NCBI GenBank assembly: GCA_029856125.1
Contig: JAHQWJ010000030.1
Coordinates: 1 to 48,449, forward strand
Direction: 5' to 3'
Length of the DNA: 48,449 nt
Source of the DNA: Promethearchaeia archaeon
GTDB taxonomy: Archaea > Asgardarchaeota > Lokiarchaeia > Sigyniarchaeales > SOKP01
How positions within the stretch are numbered: position 1 is the stretch's first letter; the number at the start of each line of letters is the position of its first letter. The notes beneath the pieces were generated by a model. It was given only the letters and a program-made list of their open reading frames with translations, did no database searches and was not told the origin of the DNA. Shown piece by piece: positions 29,545-39,417 of this stretch. Both the position numbers and the translations under genes were made by a program.

Positions 29545-30656
29545 ATCTGCGATAGCAGTTCCATTAAAGCCCGAGGAATCTCTTTAAAATTGTTTACAGC
29601 AAAAAATTTACCTTTTCCAACTCGAGCTATTTCTCGACAGGTATCGATACCTCTTTCAGCATCGTTCTCAGCGGGTATCCCGATTACATGTAATTTTGGG
29701 TATTTTTTCGCTAATTCAAGAGGGTTTTTCCCTCTATTAAAGTTTCCATCGGTGATTAAAATCCCCGATTTATGTCTTGTTTTTTCCTTAATCTTATTTA
29801 ATTCTTTTAATCCTTTTTCTAAACCAATATTAATATTGGTAAAACCAACTGCCTCCGAATCAAGAATTTCATCTATGATTTTTATGACCGGCTTCTTCTT
29901 ATCTATTTTTTTCAGAACCATAGCTGTGGAATTAAAAAGAACTATTCCATAACTTTCTTTTTCCATATTATAGGCCATCACAGATGTAGTAAGAGCTGCA
30001 TTAAGTAGAAGCTTCCCATACATACTTCCACTTGTGTCTAAGATCATTACAATTTTTCTCTTTTTCTTTTTTCTTTGTATTCCAAAGATATCTTTGTAAG
30101 TAAGACTATTTTTATATATATTTAATGGATTATGTTGAATAGTTTCGTCTAAGTCAAATTCTGGAGACCCAATCTGATAAGAAGGAGCAACTTTTTTAAA
30201 GTTTCCTCTTATTCCTTTACTCGTTATTTTTAACGAAGTTTTTATAATACTTTGTCTTGCAAGTCGTCTAAAAACCTGTTTGTATTGTTTTGAAATTGGT
30301 CGTCTTATAAAAAAGTAAACTTCCGCCATCGAAATTTCAGAATTTTTTGCTTTTTCTGCAAAGAATTGTACACCCTCATCACAATCTAAAGCGTCAGTTG
30401 CAGCATAAACATTCGATTTGAGTAGCCCTAATATTGCTTCGAGGTTTTTATGTTCTATAGATAGGTAAGTTAATTCCTTAATTTGCTTGTAGTCTAGCGT
30501 GTTTGCTAAATGTTGATAATAATCTGGTTTTTTCTTTTGTTTTCTGATTATTTCATACCTAAGAATTTTTTCATCTGGGATTCTTTCTGTATATCTTATG
30601 TGCAGCCTCTTATTCTCAATCTCCTCGGAATTCTCCGCAGAGAAATCATCGATTAT
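29541..30656 (-). CDS. von Willebrand factor A domain protein (MoxR partner); 5' end non-canonical
   Basis: MIDAS 'DTSGSM', 'GFTNI', 'ITDG'; frame open upstream of the ATG at 30329 up to 30692; start uncertain. Confidence 0.8.
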   Translation of the reverse strand: MIDDFSAENSEEIENKRLHIRYTERIPDEKILRYEIIRKQKKKPDYYQHLANTLDYKQIKELTYLSIEHKNLEAILGLLKSNVYAATDALDCDEGVQFFAEKAKNSEISMAEVYFFIRRPISKQYKQVFRRLARQSIIKTSLKITSKGIRGNFKKVAPSYQIGSPEFDLDETIQHNPLNIYKNSLTYKDIFGIQRKKKKRKIVMILDTSGSMYGKLLLNAALTTSVMAYNMEKESYGIVLFNSTAMVLKKIDKKKPVIKIIDEILDSEAVGFTNINIGLEKGLKELNKIKEKTRHKSGILITDGNFNRGKNPLELAKKYPKLHVIGIPAENDAERGIDTCREIARVGKGKFFAVNNFKEIPRALMELLSQI

Positions 30657-31525
30657 TGAAAATCCGACGAATTTAGAACCGATAATACAATGTCAGCGAT
30701 TATCTCCTCTTTTGAGCTAGTAACGCCATCTTCGAGCTCAATTTTATTATATAAAGCCATTATTGAGGTATTAACCCAATTTGCTGAGCTATTGATTTCT
30801 TCAGTTTTAGAAATTAATTGTGCTAGATCAATTGCTCCTCTTATTGAACTTCCTCTTTGTATTGATCTGCTATTTCTTGAATGATGTATTATTTGTTGAG
30901 AGAGTTGTGCGATTTTTTCTCCATCTGAGTTATCTAAATTAGCCTCTTGTTTGATTATAAGAACTTCTTCATCAGAGGGTTGAAAATCCAACTTTATCCA
31001 GATAAACCTATCTTTTAAAGCTTCTCCAATGACAGTCACGCCCACATGGGCTGCAGGGTTTTGAGTAGCGATCGTAAAGAATTTGTCATGAGCCTTAATT
31101 GTTTTTAATTTAGGAATTTCTAAAATACCCTCGTCTAACGCCGTTAAAAGTGAATTTTGTGTGCTTTCAGGCATCCTATTAATTTCGTTTATAAAAAGAC
31201 AACCTCCTTTTAACATAGATGAGGCCAGCGGACCGTAGATATATGAATCTTCTTGATAGCCTTTTGATATCACTAATGGGGGGTCAAAATAACCAACTAA
31301 ATTATGAGGTAGAGTCTCTTCAGAACAATCTATTCGAGCAAAATCAGTATCATAAAATGAAGCAATTGCTTTCGCTATCCTCGTTTTACCTGTTCCTACT
31401 TGGCCTTCAATGATTAAATTTTTATCTACTGACCTTGCCAGAATAATTTTTTTTAATTCTTCAGTTCTTCCAATGATTTTGTATTTACTTTGTATTTCTT
31501 TCACAATCTGAGATGCATTTAGCAT
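30653..31525 (-). CDS. MoxR-family AAA+ ATPase
   Basis: 'IIGR', Walker A GQVGTGKT, Walker B variant LFINE-INR, 'ATQNP', 'EALKDRF', 'GSSIRG'. Confidence 0.9.
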   Translation of the reverse strand: MLNASQIVKEIQSKYKIIGRTEELKKIILARSVDKNLIIEGQVGTGKTRIAKAIASFYDTDFARIDCSEETLPHNLVGYFDPPLVISKGYQEDSYIYGPLASSMLKGGCLFINEINRMPESTQNSLLTALDEGILEIPKLKTIKAHDKFFTIATQNPAAHVGVTVIGEALKDRFIWIKLDFQPSDEEVLIIKQEANLDNSDGEKIAQLSQQIIHHSRNSRSIQRGSSIRGAIDLAQLISKTEEINSSANWVNTSIMALYNKIELEDGVTSSKEEIIADIVLSVLNSSDFQ

Positions 31526-31745
31526 GTTTTCAATAATTAAGCATTTCTAAAATAATTTTATTTTAAAATGTGAATTTATTTTTTCGATTCCATTTTTTGA
31601 TTTAAAAACTTCTTTTCGATTGTTAAAGCCTCCTTAAATAGGTTTTAATTGTTCAAATAAGGTGAATTTTAAATAGAAGTTTAACGAAAAGATTAATTAT
31701 ACGATTTCTTTATGAAAACGAAATTCAAGTAATTTGTGTGTCCTC

Positions 31746-33152
31746 ATGAACAAATATGATATAATAATTGTTGGTGCTGGTCCTGGAGGTTCAATGGCAG
31801 CAAAAATCGCAGCCGATTTGGGATTAAAAACAATTTTCTTTGAGCGCGGGAGAAAACCAGGTGAAAAAAATTCATCAGGATGTGGTTTGGGTCCTCGACT
31901 GTGGCAGGATTTTCCAAGTATGATGAAGGAACTAACACCGGAAAAATGTCCTTCTATGAGAGCAGGTTCTGCTGCTCGAAATTATTTCATCAATCAGGAG
32001 GGTATTGTTGCTGGTTATGTAATGGCTCGTCCCACCGAGTCAGTATCATATGAACCAGCAAAATCTTGGATTACGATGAATTGTTACCGAAGTGAGTTTG
32101 ATCCTTGGCTTGCAGAGTTTGCTATAGATGCCGGTGCTGAATTAAAAACATCAACTTTAATTATTGATCTCTTGAAAAAGGATGGCAAAGTTTGTGGTGT
32201 GATTGATGAGCATAATAATAAATATGAAGCACCTATTGTTATTGGAGCTGATGGAGCAGTTTCGATGGTTGCAAAACAAAGTGGACTAAGGACTAAATGG
32301 GCACAAGATCAAATTACAGTAGTACCTCAATATGATTTTCAGGCAAGTCCTGAAAAAATTGATGATATCATGGGAGATGAAACTCTGGCAGTATGGTGGT
32401 CTGCTATTTTTCCAGCTTCTTATCAAGTGTTCTTTCATGATGGTTTTCATCAAGGTCTTGGCAATTGGTTAAATAAATGGGATAAGAATCCATTATATTA
32501 TCTAAATCGCGTAATAAACCTCAAATATTATCAAAGATTATTGAGAATACTGAATGCCAAACCAAGAGAACTTCAATCTCACCTCCTTCCGTGGTTAAAA
32601 TACCCTTATAACACGCACACTGATGGGGTTATTTTGATAGGTGATGCAGGAGGATTTCCTTGTCCACTTGAAGCTGAAGGAATATATCCTGCTATGGTAA
32701 CAGGGAAAGCTGCTGCAGAAGTAGCAGCGGAAGCAATCGCCTCTGAAGATTTTTCAAAAAACTTTCTCTCAAAATATGATAAAGTATGGAAAAATACAAC
32801 TGTTGGTGAAGATTTCGAAACTGGAGAAGAATTATATAATCTATGGAAAGCACTCCCTTTCAGTCCACAAGAGACGATGTCTTGGTTTGTTCCTATGTTT
32901 ATGGAGGCAATGGGTGGAATTTATGATTGGTCCCAGCCACACACAAAGCGAGTTCGACAGATAGCATCCCAAATTAAATCATACATGCCTAAAGCCCTTC
33001 CCTTCATAATGAAATACGTCTTTCCGCTTGTAGCTAAAATTTTTGAGGAAGATCTTGATAAAATGATGGACCCTCAGAAATTAATGACTGTAATTCCTAA
33101 GGTAATGGATTTAATTCCCAAGAAAAAAAAACCACGGAGGGATGATACATGA
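31746..33152 (+). CDS. FixC/geranylgeranyl-reductase-family FAD oxidoreductase
   Basis: 'YDIIIVGAGPGG', 'ERG..PGEKN', 'RSEFDPWL', 'IGADG', 'LIGDAGG..EGI..AM..GK'; ATG at 31746. Confidence 0.85.
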   Translation: MNKYDIIIVGAGPGGSMAAKIAADLGLKTIFFERGRKPGEKNSSGCGLGPRLWQDFPSMMKELTPEKCPSMRAGSAARNYFINQEGIVAGYVMARPTESVSYEPAKSWITMNCYRSEFDPWLAEFAIDAGAELKTSTLIIDLLKKDGKVCGVIDEHNNKYEAPIVIGADGAVSMVAKQSGLRTKWAQDQITVVPQYDFQASPEKIDDIMGDETLAVWWSAIFPASYQVFFHDGFHQGLGNWLNKWDKNPLYYLNRVINLKYYQRLLRILNAKPRELQSHLLPWLKYPYNTHTDGVILIGDAGGFPCPLEAEGIYPAMVTGKAAAEVAAEAIASEDFSKNFLSKYDKVWKNTTVGEDFETGEELYNLWKALPFSPQETMSWFVPMFMEAMGGIYDWSQPHTKRVRQIASQIKSYMPKALPFIMKYVFPLVAKIFEEDLDKMMDPQKLMTVIPKVMDLIPKKKKPRRDDT

Positions 33153-33412
33153 AATCCAATGGTTTAACAAAACACATTCCTGGCACATTAGATTTTATTT
33201 TTATTGATCAAAATAAATGTAATAGATGTGGGCAATGCATTCTGGTTTGTGTAGCTAACTTATGGCGTAAGATCGACACTGTTATTTCTATTTCAGAAGA
33301 TTATAAAGAGAGATGTTTAGAATGTGCTGCGTGTTATCAAGTTTGTGAAGCTGATGCCATTGATTTTCGTTATCCATCAGGCGGTACAGGAATAGTATAT
33401 GAAAAAGGGTAA
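33149..33412 (+). CDS. FixX-like ferredoxin
   Basis: CxxCxxCxxxC twice, 'CLECAAC', C-terminal 'YPSGGTGIVYEKG'; ATGA overlap with the FixC-like gene. Confidence 0.85.
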   Translation: MKSNGLTKHIPGTLDFIFIDQNKCNRCGQCILVCVANLWRKIDTVISISEDYKERCLECAACYQVCEADAIDFRYPSGGTGIVYEKG

Positions 33413-33541
33413 GATCCTATTTTTATCAAAATTTTCTGATGAGAATTTTTGTAGTGTGGTTGTAATTAAAATCAGTAATACGATTCATTTAGATCACTTA
33501 AGGAATTTTTTAATAAGTAAGGATTTCATTTTAACTTAATA

Positions 33542-35605
33542 ATGCTTTTAAAATCTATCCTAAAAAAGAACAAAAAGAATAGAATTATTTTTGGATTTAT
33601 CGTCGTAATTTCGATTCTACTAATTCCATTAATGTTAGATGTTTTAGCACCCATTAACAACAAAAAATCCGCTGTATTCTCCACATCTGCTAATGGAGAT
33701 AATTTTAATATCTTAGATTTTTGGGAGAATGAAATTGAAAGAGTAAATAGTACACCGTTAAATATTGTTTACGGAGATAATCACACCATAGAACATATTA
33801 CTTCTTTTTCGAATAAAATATATGAATTGAAGGCTCGAGATATTTATTTTAATTCTCCCTATTGGGCTGGAGCGCAACCACAAAATCTCACATTATATGG
33901 AGTTTTATTATATCCTGAAATTATCAAGAGTAATAATCCAGGAGCTTTATGTATGCATGGATTAAATGGAGAAATAGATGAAGCGTTTGATCTAGCTATA
34001 CCATATTTAGAGAAAGGTTTTGTAGTTCTATGCCATTCACATCCAGGTCATGGTAAATCAGAAGGAGCAGAACCAGAACCAGGGAATTTATATTATGAGG
34101 GCGCATATAACGAATCAGCTCATTTTTATTTAACGCTATGTGGGGCGATTCAAGGATTGAGGGTTCTTGAAACTCTTCCAATTGTTAATAATTCTCAAAT
34201 AATGGTTACAGGTAAGTCCTATGGGGGATTAAATGCTATGTGGTTAGCGGGTATTTTAGGAGAGAGGATAGCCGGTGTTACAGCGTATATAGCTGTAGGA
34301 GATATCGCTAAAAATTTATTCTATCCTGATAAATTAATTTTTTGGATATTAGGGAAAAGTATTAGGGAAATTCCTGATTCTTATGTAACGAACCAACTCT
34401 TAAGATTTGATCCAATTTATTATTTAAATTCCTCCAAATTACCCCCAATACTGTGGCAAATAGGAACCAATGACGATTTTTTCCATTATAGCTCAATAAA
34501 GGGAACTTTTGACTCAGTTCAACACAATAATAAATTTTTGCAGATTTTCCCTAACGATCATCATGGTTTTCCGGGATTTGAGGGGTCCTCTAAATTTTTT
34601 ATCGATTACGTTTTAAACAATGGTTCCAGTCCCCCTCAAATTAACATTACTAGCGTATCCAAAACCCAAGATCTTCGTGGAGATAATCTGCATATCGCTA
34701 TACGAGTAAACTCAACTGAGGAAATCGATTCAATTCAGATGGTATATAAATACACTGATATCCTTGGATCTACTTGGGATCATATAAACCTTGATAGCAT
34801 TGATGAAACGAATTGGGAAGGAGAACTAAACCCGACAATCTTCAGTTCTAATCTTGATTATTATATTATAGTCAATTTAAAAAATATGACTAATGTTTGG
34901 TTTTCGTCTAATATATACTCAGCGGGAGAGATAAGAAGTAACCTAACACTTCCTTTCATTATTATTATTTCTGTTCTTATACTTATTCCTCTTGCTTTAT
35001 CAATTAGGAGAAAGTTTCATAAACTACCCGAAATGGATTTAGATGAAAAAAGTAATATGAAACATTATTTTCTAAAAGAAATTATTCTAATATTTGCAAT
35101 AGACACTGTTTACTATCTTTCGCTTATTATACCATGGATAGTTTACGAGAGTGGGGGCGTAATTTTTAACCACATATATATATTTAACAATTTATATACT
35201 TGGAAGATATATTTTGGCGAGTTTGCTTCTTCTTTAACCACTATCTTCTTTATCGCAACTATCGTTAACTCGCAATTAAATTTCATCAGCTTAAGAGTAT
35301 CAGCAATATTGAAGCTATTATATCCAACAATTTTGTTAGGTTTCATCAGCGTTACGCCATTTCTTTCGGGTGCCTTAGATCCTAACAGTTTAACTTCTAA
35401 CTTTGGATTAATTTTCCCTGGAATTGGCCCAATAATGATGATTGTTTGTTCAATTTTATTGTTTTTAATTGGTCGAAGAGAAAGAAAAACTAAGATTTCT
35501 TTAGGTTTAGTCAAGAAAAAGTCAAGTGATAGGAATAGATTTAAAGAAAGTTTAAAGAATAAGTTTGAAAAAACTAAACAGAGAATGCGATCTAAGAGAA
35601 CTTAG
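33542..35605 (+). CDS. membrane-anchored alpha/beta hydrolase (esterase/peptidase-like) with C-terminal TM bundle
   Basis: N-terminal TM; 'MHG', nucleophile 'GKSYGG', 'GTNDDFF', 'PNDHH'; 4-5 C-terminal TM helices. Confidence 0.8.
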   Translation: MLLKSILKKNKKNRIIFGFIVVISILLIPLMLDVLAPINNKKSAVFSTSANGDNFNILDFWENEIERVNSTPLNIVYGDNHTIEHITSFSNKIYELKARDIYFNSPYWAGAQPQNLTLYGVLLYPEIIKSNNPGALCMHGLNGEIDEAFDLAIPYLEKGFVVLCHSHPGHGKSEGAEPEPGNLYYEGAYNESAHFYLTLCGAIQGLRVLETLPIVNNSQIMVTGKSYGGLNAMWLAGILGERIAGVTAYIAVGDIAKNLFYPDKLIFWILGKSIREIPDSYVTNQLLRFDPIYYLNSSKLPPILWQIGTNDDFFHYSSIKGTFDSVQHNNKFLQIFPNDHHGFPGFEGSSKFFIDYVLNNGSSPPQINITSVSKTQDLRGDNLHIAIRVNSTEEIDSIQMVYKYTDILGSTWDHINLDSIDETNWEGELNPTIFSSNLDYYIIVNLKNMTNVWFSSNIYSAGEIRSNLTLPFIIIISVLILIPLALSIRRKFHKLPEMDLDEKSNMKHYFLKEIILIFAIDTVYYLSLIIPWIVYESGGVIFNHIYIFNNLYTWKIYFGEFASSLTTIFFIATIVNSQLNFISLRVSAILKLLYPTILLGFISVTPFLSGALDPNSLTSNFGLIFPGIGPIMMIVCSILLFLIGRRERKTKISLGLVKKKSSDRNRFKESLKNKFEKTKQRMRSKRT

Positions 35606-35614
35606 GTACAAGAT

Positions 35615-36868
35615 TTAAGGATACAAATAAACTGAGACTTTTTCTCCTTTTTTCAATCCTTCTTTATCTTCAGATATTTCTACAATCCCATCAGATTGAG
35701 TTAACGAGCTTATAATTCCTGAGCCTTTTAATTTAACTGGAAGAGCAAGAAACTGATTTTCTTTCTTTTCAAGTTTAACTCTCAAGAAATGTTTATATCC
35801 CATTCGGGATACAGGTACGTCTTTACTAATTATTGCTATGATTTCTACTCTTGGATCTATGTTAATACATCCTAACATTTTCTTGATGGTGGTTCCAACA
35901 ATTAATAAAAAACAAATATACGCTGCTACAGGAGTACCTGGTAGGCAAAAAACTAACGATTGATCTTTTAATCCAATTAAGATAGGCGAACCGGGTCGCA
36001 TCGCAATTCCATGAACCAACACCTCACCGTTTTCATGTATGGATTCGGGTAAGAAATCTTTAGTTCCAACTGATGTACCACCTGTAAATATAATAATTTG
36101 AGAGTCAACAGAAGATTTAATTAAATTATTTCTAATTTCGTCTTTACTGTCCTTGATATTTAATTCTCTTACTACGCTTCCTCCATATGTTTCTACAAGG
36201 CTTGATACCATTGGACTATTAGAATTATAGATTTTATTTGTTGGAAGGGGATTTCCTACTTCAATTAATTCGTCTCCTACAGCAAAAACACTAACTTTTG
36301 GTTTTTTTTTTACTTTGACATGTTTAATCCCTAATGAAGCCAAAAGAGCGATGTGAGAAGCTTTTATTGTAATACCTGATCTTAATATTTCTGTTCCTAG
36401 AGGAATATCTTCTCCTTTTTTAGAAATGTTTTTTCCCGGAACTATTGATGTATAAAGATACACTTTATCGCTATCAATGTCAGTATCTTCTATCTTAATA
36501 ACTGAATCAGAGCCTTTTGGTATCGCAGCTCCAGTGGAGATTCTAACAGCTTCTTCAGACGTGAGAACAAGATCAGTTTGTTCTCCAATCTCGACTGTAC
36601 CAATTTTCTTTATTACCTTTGGATTGCTAGGAGATGCACCAAATGTATCTTCTGCTTTAACAGCGTATCCATCCATAGCAGCTCTATCAAAGGGGGGAAT
36701 AGCGAGCTCGCTGGTAATGTCAATCGCTAATACTCGATTTAATGCTTTAGATGTTTCTACTTCATCAAGAGAGGCTGGTGTGATGTAACCTTGTATCTTT
36801 TTTAGAGCATCATCCAATAAAGTTAATTTTGAAAAACCAATTTTGTTTAAATTTTTCAGATTGCTCAC
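35615..36868 (-). CDS. moeA: molybdopterin molybdo/tungstotransferase MoeA, copy 2
   Basis: 'PPFDRAAMDGYAV', 'ISTGAAIP', 'GDEL', 'TGGTSVG..D', 'LPGTP'. Confidence 0.93.
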   Translation of the reverse strand: MSNLKNLNKIGFSKLTLLDDALKKIQGYITPASLDEVETSKALNRVLAIDITSELAIPPFDRAAMDGYAVKAEDTFGASPSNPKVIKKIGTVEIGEQTDLVLTSEEAVRISTGAAIPKGSDSVIKIEDTDIDSDKVYLYTSIVPGKNISKKGEDIPLGTEILRSGITIKASHIALLASLGIKHVKVKKKPKVSVFAVGDELIEVGNPLPTNKIYNSNSPMVSSLVETYGGSVVRELNIKDSKDEIRNNLIKSSVDSQIIIFTGGTSVGTKDFLPESIHENGEVLVHGIAMRPGSPILIGLKDQSLVFCLPGTPVAAYICFLLIVGTTIKKMLGCINIDPRVEIIAIISKDVPVSRMGYKHFLRVKLEKKENQFLALPVKLKGSGIISSLTQSDGIVEISEDKEGLKKGEKVSVYLYP

Positions 36869-37401
36869 TCTTTTTTATTTATCATATAAATCATATGCTT
36901 GATTTCGGGCAAGATTAATTCATTTAAAGCTAATTTTACAGCATTAGGAGATCCTGGAAGTAAAAATACTGCTTTATTTTTGATTTTACCAGCTAATGCT
37001 CGTGATAACATCGACGATGGACCAATTTCTTTGTAAGAGAGATATCGGAATAATTCTCCAAAGCCATCTATAGTTTTTTCTAATAAAGGTTTAATTGCTT
37101 CGTACGTTACATCTTTAGGTGTTAATCCGGTCCCCCCACTAAATACGATGACATGTAAGGAAGAATCATTTAACAGCCGTTTTAGTTTTTCTTTAATTTG
37201 AGTTTCGTTATCGGGTACTATTTCTGAAGAAGTTAGAAATACTCCAGGATTTTTGTCTAAAATTTGCCGCACCAAAGGAATTGTCTTATCTGAGATACTT
37301 TTCTTTCCTTGTAATTCATTAAATCTGGATGTGCTTACAATAACTAAAGCAAGGTTAACAGTGTCAGGTCCTTTTTTCTTATGTTGTTCATGAACTTTCA
37401 T
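36865..37401 (-). CDS. moaB: MoaB/MogA molybdopterin adenylyltransferase
   Basis: 'SGGTGLTPKDVT', 'GFGELFR', 'LSRA', 'LPGSPNAV'. Confidence 0.92.
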   Translation of the reverse strand: MKVHEQHKKKGPDTVNLALVIVSTSRFNELQGKKSISDKTIPLVRQILDKNPGVFLTSSEIVPDNETQIKEKLKRLLNDSSLHVIVFSGGTGLTPKDVTYEAIKPLLEKTIDGFGELFRYLSYKEIGPSSMLSRALAGKIKNKAVFLLPGSPNAVKLALNELILPEIKHMIYMINKKE

Positions 37402-38627
37402 TAAAAAAAATACACCCGTTTTTTTTCTCCTTTTTCTATTATTGACTCTAATTCATCGATTTCAACATAACCATCAGCATAAAACATGGTGCTAATAGCT
37501 TCAGAACCCGTTTTTATGGGAAAAATCTTTTTCACGCCATCTACATCTTGAATTTTTACGGTTTTAAATTCGTGACGACCAATTGTGCTGTATATCCTTT
37601 CTCCAACTTCGAAGAGCTTAGAATAAGTTTCCTTTAAAGGATAACCAGAATTCTTTCTAAGAAAATTATCAATAAAGACATAAAAACAGCTTAGTGCTGA
37701 AGTTGGATATCCTGGTAATATGAAAATCATCTTGTTTCCAAACTTGGTAAAAATTATTGGTTTACCAGGTTTAATTCTTACACCATGCACCAGAATTTCT
37801 TTATCATCGTATTGTTCTAAAACTTTGGGCCCTAAATCTCCTTCACCTTTAGAAGTTCCGCCAGAGAGAATAACAATGTCGCTGAATTTCAATGCATCAT
37901 CAATAACACACTTCAATTCGTTAAAATCATCCTTTAAAATTCCAAAGAATTCCACCAACGCTCCTGTGTTTTCAATGGCCTTCTTCAAAATTATAGAATT
38001 TACATCGTAAATTTTCCCAATATCTAATTCTTTAACATTATCGCTAACGAGCTCGTTTCCAGTACTTATGAGCCCTACCTTTAATTTCTTATAAACAGTC
38101 ACTTCTTGTATTCCACAGGAGGCTAAAATTCCGAGAGTTGCCAAATCAATTAATCGATCTTCTTTAACGATAATTTGCTCTTTTTGTATATCGTGGCCAA
38201 TTTCTATTATATGAGTTCCAGGAGTTATAGCTGCTGAAATTTGAATCTTTCCTTCAATTTTTTCGGTAAATTCAACCATTACTACACCATCAGCGTTTTT
38301 CGGAATGGCTGCACCTGTAGCAACGTACGAACATTGACCCTTAGATATTTCTTTATGAGGTTTTTCTCCCGCGGGAATTGTTTCGATTAATTCAAATTCT
38401 ATGAGGTTGTCTTCTTCGGCAAGAAAAGTATCCTCGGCAATAACAGCATAACCGTCCATTCTTGATTTGCGGAAATGAGGGACATCGATAGGACTAATGA
38501 TATCTCTGAACATTACCCTATTATAGGCTTCTTCAAGGGGAATAATTTCTTCTTTAATTTTTATCTTTGGTATAGCCTCTAATAGCTTCTTAAATTCTTC
38601 TACTTTAATAGTTTGTAAAAATTTCAT
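37401..38627 (-). CDS. moeA: molybdopterin molybdo/tungstotransferase MoeA, copy 1
   Basis: 'PHFRKSRMDGYAV', 'STGNEL', 'SGGTSKG..D', 'KPGKP', 'LPGYP'. Confidence 0.93.
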   Translation of the reverse strand: MKFLQTIKVEEFKKLLEAIPKIKIKEEIIPLEEAYNRVMFRDIISPIDVPHFRKSRMDGYAVIAEDTFLAEEDNLIEFELIETIPAGEKPHKEISKGQCSYVATGAAIPKNADGVVMVEFTEKIEGKIQISAAITPGTHIIEIGHDIQKEQIIVKEDRLIDLATLGILASCGIQEVTVYKKLKVGLISTGNELVSDNVKELDIGKIYDVNSIILKKAIENTGALVEFFGILKDDFNELKCVIDDALKFSDIVILSGGTSKGEGDLGPKVLEQYDDKEILVHGVRIKPGKPIIFTKFGNKMIFILPGYPTSALSCFYVFIDNFLRKNSGYPLKETYSKLFEVGERIYSTIGRHEFKTVKIQDVDGVKKIFPIKTGSEAISTMFYADGYVEIDELESIIEKGEKKRVYFF

Positions 38628-38659
38628 TCGAAGATATCCAACAATGATTTTTTTTTAAT

Positions 38660-39109
38660 TTAATGAACCCATTCTGAACTTCCATCTAAAAAAACTTCTT
38701 TCTTCCAGACGGCTATTTCTTTTTTATAATTTTCTACAGCGAGTCTCAAAGCTCTGAATCCTTCTTCTCTATGAGAGGACGAAACAATAACATGAACTAA
38801 TTCATCTTTTATGTCAAAAACTCCTTTGAAATGAATTATGATGATATCAACTATTCCGGGTATTTCTTTTATTTCTTTACATATTTTGTTAATGCTTCTG
38901 TTTGCAAGTTCTTTATAAGCATCAATTTCTAAGTTACGAATTAGTTTGCCATCCTTAGAAGTATTTCTTACAATTCCCGTGAATGTTAGAATCGAACCAG
39001 CTTCTTTAATTTTGGGATGATTCTTTAGTGAAAATATAATATCACTTAAGTTAATTTCGTCCTTTTTATAGATACCTGATTTAATTTGAGTAAAGTTATT
39101 ATTGTTCAC
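38660..39109 (-). CDS. moaE: molybdopterin synthase catalytic subunit
   Basis: 'GSILTFTGIVR', 'SSHR', 'VWKKE', 'SEWV'. Confidence 0.92.
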   Translation of the reverse strand: MNNNNFTQIKSGIYKKDEINLSDIIFSLKNHPKIKEAGSILTFTGIVRNTSKDGKLIRNLEIDAYKELANRSINKICKEIKEIPGIVDIIIIHFKGVFDIKDELVHVIVSSSHREEGFRALRLAVENYKKEIAVWKKEVFLDGSSEWVH

Positions 39110-39114
39110 TTTAG

Positions 39115-39396
39115 CTAACCTCCCGCAAAAGGTAATAGAAAAGCTACTTTATCTCCATCTCTTAACTTCATTTTTCCTTTATTTTTATCCGTAATCAATT
39201 TATCATTTATGACGATAGAGATGTTTCCTTTCAAATTTTTTATTTCCTCGTTCCATATTAGATTTTTAATAAGGTTATACTTGCTTAGAATCTTTGAAGT
39301 AAGTCCTTCTATAGTGTTTTCCTTTAACTCTAGAAACTCTCGATTTTTACCGGTTATATCCTTAAAATCAGCAAAGTAAAGTATTTCGACCGTCAT
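39115..39396 (-). CDS. moaD: MoaD/SAMP sulfur carrier (ubiquitin-like)
   Basis: 'VEILYFA', 'LRDGDKVAFLLPFAGG' with C-terminal GG. Confidence 0.92.
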   Translation of the reverse strand: MTVEILYFADFKDITGKNREFLELKENTIEGLTSKILSKYNLIKNLIWNEEIKNLKGNISIVINDKLITDKNKGKMKLRDGDKVAFLLPFAGG

Positions 39397-39417
39397 AATA
39401 TTGACATCAAATTTTGT

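Noticed and set aside
30596-30649. 17-codon ATG ORF right after the AAA stop (minus strand) as the true vWA start
   Set aside because: It is out of frame with the vWA domain and stops after 17 codons; it would need an extra frameshift or sequencing error, while the vWA frame is already open and protein-like here
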